NCBI GenBank assembly: GCA_002069605.1
Contig: MWBQ01000021.1
Coordinates: 55,818 to 119,817 of the forward strand
DNA length: 64,000 bases
Direction of reading: 5' to 3'
Origin: Candidatus Atribacter allofermentans
GTDB lineage: Bacteria; Atribacterota; Atribacteria; Atribacterales; Atribacteraceae
In this document: positions 63,596 to 64,000 of the stretch, piece after piece
How the letters are laid out: every line of letters begins with the position of its first letter
Position numbering within the stretch: the first letter of the stretch is position 1
Position numbers and translations under genes: made by a program
The notes under the pieces: generated by a model
What the model was told of the DNA's origin: nothing
The model's database searches: none
What the model saw: only the letters and a program-made list of their open reading frames with translations

Positions 63596-63898
63596 TTAAT
63601 TTCCTCCCTTCACCGTCTTATCATTATCAATTGGTTTTATTTCTTCAAGGATAGCACCGGGTATGGTATCTCCTGGTAAGGTTTGCTGGGTGGTGGTAAT
63701 AGGAATAATTGTTGAATGATTCCACACCTTTTGCCAGCTATATCCTACTTGAGCATAGTTTTCACTTAATAGATAAAACCATAGTGCTACAGCAAAACCG
63801 ACAGCATACCATTTGGTTTCCCGGTCATGATGATACCAGGTTTTGAATTTTTTCAAGCTTTTTTTGATCAAATTGATAATATCTGATATTTTAATCAT
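63596..63898 (-). CDS. Hypothetical small single-pass membrane protein
   Basis: 100-aa ORF with one hydrophobic segment (WYAVGFAVALWFYLL). ATGA overlap with the upstream partial CDS; 1-nt gap to the EF-G-like gene. No family recognised. Confidence 0.5.
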   Translation of the reverse strand: MIKISDIINLIKKSLKKFKTWYHHDRETKWYAVGFAVALWFYLLSENYAQVGYSWQKVWNHSTIIPITTTQQTLPGDTIPGAILEEIKPIDNDKTVKGGN

Positions 63899-64000
63899 AT
63901 TTTTCGATAGAGAATTCTTAGCATTTTTTTCAAAGTACTCGTCTCAACGTCCCAGGCCATTTTACCCTGAACTGCGATCGATACCTTCCCGGTCGTTTCT
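63895..64000 (-). CDS. C-terminal end of an unidentified CDS (runs off the window end)
   Basis: Own translation of the reverse strand: ...ETTGKVSIAVQGKMAWDVETSTLKKMLRILYRKI*. The stop TGA at 63897-63895 overlaps the next ATG. Only 34 codons are visible and no family is recognised. Confidence 0.45.
   Translation of the reverse strand, partial: ETTGKVSIAVQGKMAWDVETSTLKKMLRILYRKI

Overview
AT-rich bacterial chromosomal core segment, tightly packed. I count 55 protein-coding genes (two run off the window ends) and one tRNA; 54 CDS are on the minus strand, and only a class A PBP and tRNA-Leu(CAA) are on the plus strand. Content is almost entirely housekeeping. In minus-strand transcription order (high to low coordinates): a partial CDS, a small membrane protein, an EF-G2-type GTPase, acpS, nnr, alr, tsaE-tsaB-rimI-tsaD, groEL with no groES, a GuaB3-type IMPDH-like gene with guaA-purA-ligA, gatCAB-dnaE and a secreted TPR protein. 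Then come a stand-alone 5'-3' exonuclease, glgA, coaE-uvrB-uvrA-uvrC-whiA, an orphan MsmX/MalK-like ATPase, gap-tpiA-secG, a NaPRTase-like gene and a five-gene Opp/Dpp-type peptide ABC system. The remainder is infC-rpmI-rplT, pheST, cvpA, mutS2, queT-tyrS, and nusA-ylxR-infB-DUF503-rbfA-nrnA-truB-ribF. Operon order is Firmicutes-like, but I cannot assign the organism from sequence alone. I found no mobile elements, CRISPR arrays, toxin-antitoxin or defence genes, rRNA, or clear pseudogenes, and no convincing candidate for a new multi-gene system. The window looks like ordinary core genome. The observations worth a second look are mostly regulatory or translational. (1) rimP is absent and nusA has a long leader with a perfect 21-bp hairpin. 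(2) About 400 nt downstream of tyrS are unassigned. (3) A Phe-rich uORF spans the rplT terminator and overlaps the pheS start. (4) infC and probably cvpA use non-canonical start codons. (5) queT and tyrS overlap in an ATGA junction. (6) groEL lacks both groES and CIRCE. (7) A CBS-less IMPDH homologue heads the guaA-purA operon behind a 366-nt leader. (8) uvrB, uvrA and uvrC are contiguous. Many starts were re-placed by hand from SD spacing, and several well-supported starts are GTG or TTG (gap, pheS, rplT, gatC, the peptide SBP).
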